A stretch of 64,000 bases of DNA, taken from Gammaproteobacteria bacterium (GTDB taxonomy: Bacteria > Pseudomonadota > Gammaproteobacteria > G965277405). Location of the stretch: positions 2,080,001 to 2,144,000 of the forward strand of contig OZ255726.1 in assembly GCA_965277405.1 (NCBI GenBank), in the 5' to 3' direction. The translations under genes were made by a program, and so were the position numbers. Below, piece after piece: positions 60,000 to 64,000 of this stretch. How positions within the stretch are numbered: position 1 is the stretch's first letter; every line of letters starts with the position of its first letter. The notes under the pieces were generated by a model. That model did no database searches. It was given only the letters and a program-made list of their open reading frames with translations, and had not been told where the DNA came from.

Positions 60000-62853
60000 G
60001 ATGGAGCAGCAATGGCTGCAATCTCACTTATCAGCTGATAGCCAAGCATATCTCGACAATCTATACGAGGCATATTTAGCAAATCCACAGGCGCTGCCAG
60101 AGTATTGGATTGAGTATTTTTCCAAGCTGCCTAAGGAAACTTTGACCGACTCTGACACAGCAGCCGATGTAGATAGCCCCCATGCATCTGTGCGTGAGCA
60201 ATTCGCAGAATTTGCATGGAGCAGTAAGAAATTGCATGCCGCGGCAACGAGTAGTTCTCTCCACGGTAATTTGCACGATCACAAACAAGCTCAAGTGTCA
60301 ATATTTATTGAAGCATATCGCAATCTGGGACACTTAAAAGCCAAGATTGACCCGCTTGGGCTTATTGTACGGACGTCACCGAATGATTTGAATACCAACC
60401 ACTATCAGTTTACTGATGAAGACATGGATGAAACCTATAGCGTTGTGTTCACTGATTTCCCCCATCAGTCGATGACACTACGTGATATTGTAGCCGCATT
60501 GAAAACAACGTATAGCGACTCAATTGGTGCTGAGTACATGCACATTCCTGAGCTTGAAAAACGCAACTGGTTTCAGCACCAACTAGAAAGTGTCTACGCG
60601 CATCCAAACTTTAACACCGAAGAAAGACTGCGGATTTATAAACGGCTCGTCGCTGCATCTGGGCTGGAAAAATATTTAGCTTCGCGTTATCCAGGTACCA
60701 AACGTTTTGGGCTTGAAGGTGCTGAAAGCATGATTCCAATGGTCGATGAAATGATCCAGCGTCTTGGGAGTCAAGGAGTGAAAGAAATCGTCATGGGGAT
60801 GGCTCACCGTGGTCGTTTGAACGTCTTAGTCAACATTTTTGGTAAAAACCCTGCTGATTTATTCGATGAGTTTGAAGGAAAAGCCAGCAACGGCTCAGCA
60901 GGTGATGTGAAGTATCACCAAGGTTTTTCCTCAAACGTTATGACACCAGGTGGCGAAGTTCATTTGGCATTAGCTTTTAACCCATCACACCTTGAAATTG
61001 TAGACCCTGTGGTTGCAGGTTCTGTGCGCGCCCGCCAGGATCGACGTGGTGATGTAATCGGCGCAACAGTAGTGCCAATTATTTTTCATGGCGATGCGTC
61101 GTTTTCAGGCCAAGGTGTGGTGATGGAAACGTTTCAAATGTCAAACCTGCGTGGCTATCAGACTGGCGGAACCATTCATATTGTTATTAACAATCAAATT
61201 GGGTTTACCACAAGCGACAAGCAAGATGCGCGCTCAACCCGCTATTGCACTGATGTTGCGAAAATCGTCAATGCACCAGTGATACACGTCAACGGCAATG
61301 ATCCAGAAGCTGTTGTGTTCGTTGCCCAGCTCGCCGTTAATTATAGAAATATATTTCATGCTGACATTGTTATCGACATGTATTGCTACCGCCGCCGTGG
61401 TCACAATGAAGCAGATGAACCGATGGCAACCCAGCCGAAAATGTATCAGACAATCAGAAATCTTGAAACAACAACCGCACTGTATGGCAAATCGCTGATT
61501 ACTCAAGGTATTTTAGACAATGTACAAGATACTAAAATTGCTGCTGAATACTGGGAAAAACTTGAAAATAGTGAACATGTTACAGATTCACTGGTGTCGG
61601 CCCCAGATAGTCAAATGTTTGTCGATTGGCGTCCATATTTAAACCAACCGTGGAGTGATGACTCCACGAAAACATTAGTGGACGAGGAAAAACTCAGGCA
61701 ACTCGGAGAAAAGATTTTTTCCGTTCCAGCATCAATGCAATTGCAAAAACAAGTGCAAAAAATCATGGATGATCGCAACGCGATGATCGCCAGTCAAATC
61801 CCACTCAACTGGGGTGCGACAGAGCTATTAGCGTATGCCAGCATTCTAGATGGTGGTCAGAGTATTCGTTTTACAGGACAAGACTGCCGCCGTGGTACTT
61901 TTGCGCATCGCCATGCGGTATTGTTTGACCAGCAAGATTATGCTGAGCACGTGTTGTTAGAGCAAGCTGAAAGCGCAACTGGCAAACTGCAAATGTATGA
62001 TTCGTTTCTTTCTGAGGAGGCAGTGTTGGCTTTTGAATATGGCTATGCCACAACTGACCCAACTACGCTGGTGATTTGGGAAGCGCAATTTGGCGATTTT
62101 GTCAATGGCGCCCAAGTCGTTATTGATCAATTTATTGCCGCAGGCGAAAGCAAATGGATGCGCCTTTGCGGTTTAGTGTTGTTGTTGCCGCATGGATACG
62201 AAGGACAAGGTGCTGAACACTCATCTGCACGTCCGGAGCGCTTTGCCCAACTATGTGCGGAAAACAACATGCAGTTATGCGTACCAACAACTGCCGCACA
62301 GATTTTCCACTTATTGCGTAGGCAGATCACCAGATCAATTCGCAAACCGTTAGTGATAATGTCTCCAAAAAGTTTATTGCGACTTAAAGCTGCAAGCTCA
62401 CCATTGCCAGCTTTGTCAACAGATGGATTTCTTACAGTTATCGCCAACATTCCATCTAAAGTGCAGCCCCAAGATATCAAAACTGTGATGATTTGCAGTG
62501 GTAAGGTTTATTATGATTTACTCGAGTATCGCCGCACCAAAGGCGTTAAAGACGTTGCCTTAGTGCGGATAGAGCAGGTATACCCTTTTCCAATGCAGCG
62601 ATTAGAGGAAATAATTCGCCAATATCAAGCTGCTGCAACCTATATTTGGGTGCAAGAAGAACCGCGCAACCAAGGGTTATGGAATAATGCTCAGCATTGG
62701 GTAAAAACAGCAATGCACACCGTTATCGGCCATGACAAACTCTATTTTGCAGGTAGACCAAACTTAGCATGTCCTGCAGTCGGTATGATTAAAGTGCATA
62801 CCGAAGAGCAAAAGCAGTTGATCGAAGATGCATTCAGCATCTCGTCCAAATAA
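59977..62853 (+). CDS. sucA: 2-oxoglutarate dehydrogenase E1
   Basis: [52 protein letters not shown]. Confidence 0.97.
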   Translation: MRNLPNNEMEQQWLQSHLSADSQAYLDNLYEAYLANPQALPEYWIEYFSKLPKETLTDSDTAADVDSPHASVREQFAEFAWSSKKLHAAATSSSLHGNLHDHKQAQVSIFIEAYRNLGHLKAKIDPLGLIVRTSPNDLNTNHYQFTDEDMDETYSVVFTDFPHQSMTLRDIVAALKTTYSDSIGAEYMHIPELEKRNWFQHQLESVYAHPNFNTEERLRIYKRLVAASGLEKYLASRYPGTKRFGLEGAESMIPMVDEMIQRLGSQGVKEIVMGMAHRGRLNVLVNIFGKNPADLFDEFEGKASNGSAGDVKYHQGFSSNVMTPGGEVHLALAFNPSHLEIVDPVVAGSVRARQDRRGDVIGATVVPIIFHGDASFSGQGVVMETFQMSNLRGYQTGGTIHIVINNQIGFTTSDKQDARSTRYCTDVAKIVNAPVIHVNGNDPEAVVFVAQLAVNYRNIFHADIVIDMYCYRRRGHNEADEPMATQPKMYQTIRNLETTTALYGKSLITQGILDNVQDTKIAAEYWEKLENSEHVTDSLVSAPDSQMFVDWRPYLNQPWSDDSTKTLVDEEKLRQLGEKIFSVPASMQLQKQVQKIMDDRNAMIASQIPLNWGATELLAYASILDGGQSIRFTGQDCRRGTFAHRHAVLFDQQDYAEHVLLEQAESATGKLQMYDSFLSEEAVLAFEYGYATTDPTTLVIWEAQFGDFVNGAQVVIDQFIAAGESKWMRLCGLVLLLPHGYEGQGAEHSSARPERFAQLCAENNMQLCVPTTAAQIFHLLRRQITRSIRKPLVIMSPKSLLRLKAASSPLPALSTDGFLTVIANIPSKVQPQDIKTVMICSGKVYYDLLEYRRTKGVKDVALVRIEQVYPFPMQRLEEIIRQYQAAATYIWVQEEPRNQGLWNNAQHWVKTAMHTVIGHDKLYFAGRPNLACPAVGMIKVHTEEQKQLIEDAFSISSK

Positions 62854-62879
62854 CTTTTTTACTTATCTACCGTAGTATT

Positions 62880-64000
62880 ATGAATCAACCGATTAACGCG
62901 CCTAGTTTTCCTGAATCAGTCACTGAAGGTACCATCGCTGCATGGCATAAACGGGAGAATGAGCCTTGCCTACGCGATGAATTGATTGTCGATATTGAAA
63001 CAGAAAAAATAGTGCTAGAGGTCTGTGCGCCAGCAGATGGATATATTGCTGCAATCTATAAAAAAGAGGGTGACACAGTTGCAAGTGCAGAAAAAATAGG
63101 CGATTTTACTGCAAAGGCTGCCAGCGGTGCTGCGCAGCAAACAACAATACATGAAGCAACAACAGCCGGAGTCAGCACGCCGCCTGCACCCGAGCAGAAT
63201 ATTGCAGCGCAACCAGCAAAAGCAGGGCCTGCTGCGCGCAAAGCAATGGCTGCAAATAATATTGACCCGAGTAAAGTGACCGCAAGCGGAAAAAGTGGTG
63301 CTATTACAAAAACTGACGTGAATCATTTTCTGCAAACCAGCGCTGTAAGAATCGAAAAGCGGGTGCCGATGACGAGAATGCGCGCCAGCATCGCCAAAAG
63401 ACTTGTTGCAGCACAACATAATGCGGCGATGCTAACCACGTTCAACGAAGTTGATATGTTGACGTTGATGCGCTTGCGTAAAACCTACAAAGAACTATAT
63501 ATGCAGCGTTTTAAAGGGGCAAAACTCAGCTATATGGCGTTTTTTGTCAAAGCAACAACCGAGGCTCTCAAGCGGTTTTCTAGTGTGAACGCCTCGCTTG
63601 ATGGCAATGACATTGTCTATCATGGCTACCAAGACATAGGAGTTGCAGTATCAACAGAAAAAGGACTGGTTGTCCCTATACTCCGCGACGCGAATTCGCT
63701 ACATTTGTCAGAAATAGAAATTCAAATTGCAGATTACGCACAACGCGCGCGCGATAATAAGTTGACAATGGAAGAAATGCAGGGCGGAACCTTTACCATT
63801 ACCAATGGTGGGGTATTCGGCTCATTGCTTTCTACACCTATTTTGAACCCCCCGCAAACTGCAATTCTCGGGATGCACGCGATTAAAGAGCGTCCAGTCG
63901 TTGTAGATGGTGAAATTGTTATCAGACCAATAATGAATCTTGCGTTAAGCTACGACCATCGTTTAATCGATGGCCGCGAAGCGGTGCAGTTTTTGGTCGC
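62880..64000 (+). CDS. sucB: Dihydrolipoamide succinyltransferase E2 (runs off the window)
   Basis: Manual translation: [23 protein letters not shown].., [31 protein letters not shown]. Absent from the ORF track because there is no stop. Confidence 0.95.
   Translation, partial: MNQPINAPSFPESVTEGTIAAWHKRENEPCLRDELIVDIETEKIVLEVCAPADGYIAAIYKKEGDTVASAEKIGDFTAKAASGAAQQTTIHEATTAGVSTPPAPEQNIAAQPAKAGPAARKAMAANNIDPSKVTASGKSGAITKTDVNHFLQTSAVRIEKRVPMTRMRASIAKRLVAAQHNAAMLTTFNEVDMLTLMRLRKTYKELYMQRFKGAKLSYMAFFVKATTEALKRFSSVNASLDGNDIVYHGYQDIGVAVSTEKGLVVPILRDANSLHLSEIEIQIADYAQRARDNKLTMEEMQGGTFTITNGGVFGSLLSTPILNPPQTAILGMHAIKERPVVVDGEIVIRPIMNLALSYDHRLIDGREAVQFLV

Noticed and set aside
93-63419. Numerous short antisense or overlapping ORFs in the track (e.g. 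17095-17628, 28052-28570, 40215-40778, 63015-63419)
   Set aside because: Shadows of well-supported genes on the other strand or frame, with no independent motifs.

Overview
Chromosomal window from a proteobacterium. The housekeeping genes look gammaproteobacterial, and the mosaic of acquired and decaying segments would fit a host-associated or marine lineage (inference only). Core genes: glpK, gltA, rpe, prpBCD, an aspartate dehydrogenase, hemL, phaR and sdhCDAB-sucA-sucB (sucB runs off the end). Accessory content: a C-P lyase system as two convergent operons (phnGHIJKLMN and phnC-phnD-phnE-DUF1045), each behind a Pho-box-like repeat; a dipeptidase plus peptide ABC operon; TRAP, AGCS, MATE and EamA transporters; a BHMT-like methyltransferase; a HEPN/MNT pair; an IS481 relic; two near-identical IS1595-family elements, each with its own 8-bp TSD; and an AT-rich Bacteroidota-like fragment. 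The strongest signal not explained by the ORF track is a dispersed non-autonomous element with IS5-like 16-bp ends (GGAASCTCTGATTAAS). It occurs at about 12 sites as full-length (227-340 bp), ~47-bp mini-hairpin and single-end forms. It appears to have been exapted: it supplies the same 15-aa C-terminal tail to two unrelated membrane ORFs, a likely RBS for dctM, the stop codon of a pilin-like gene, and a terminator-like hairpin. No rRNA, tRNA or CRISPR array was seen. All calls come from reading the sequence by eye, without database searches.
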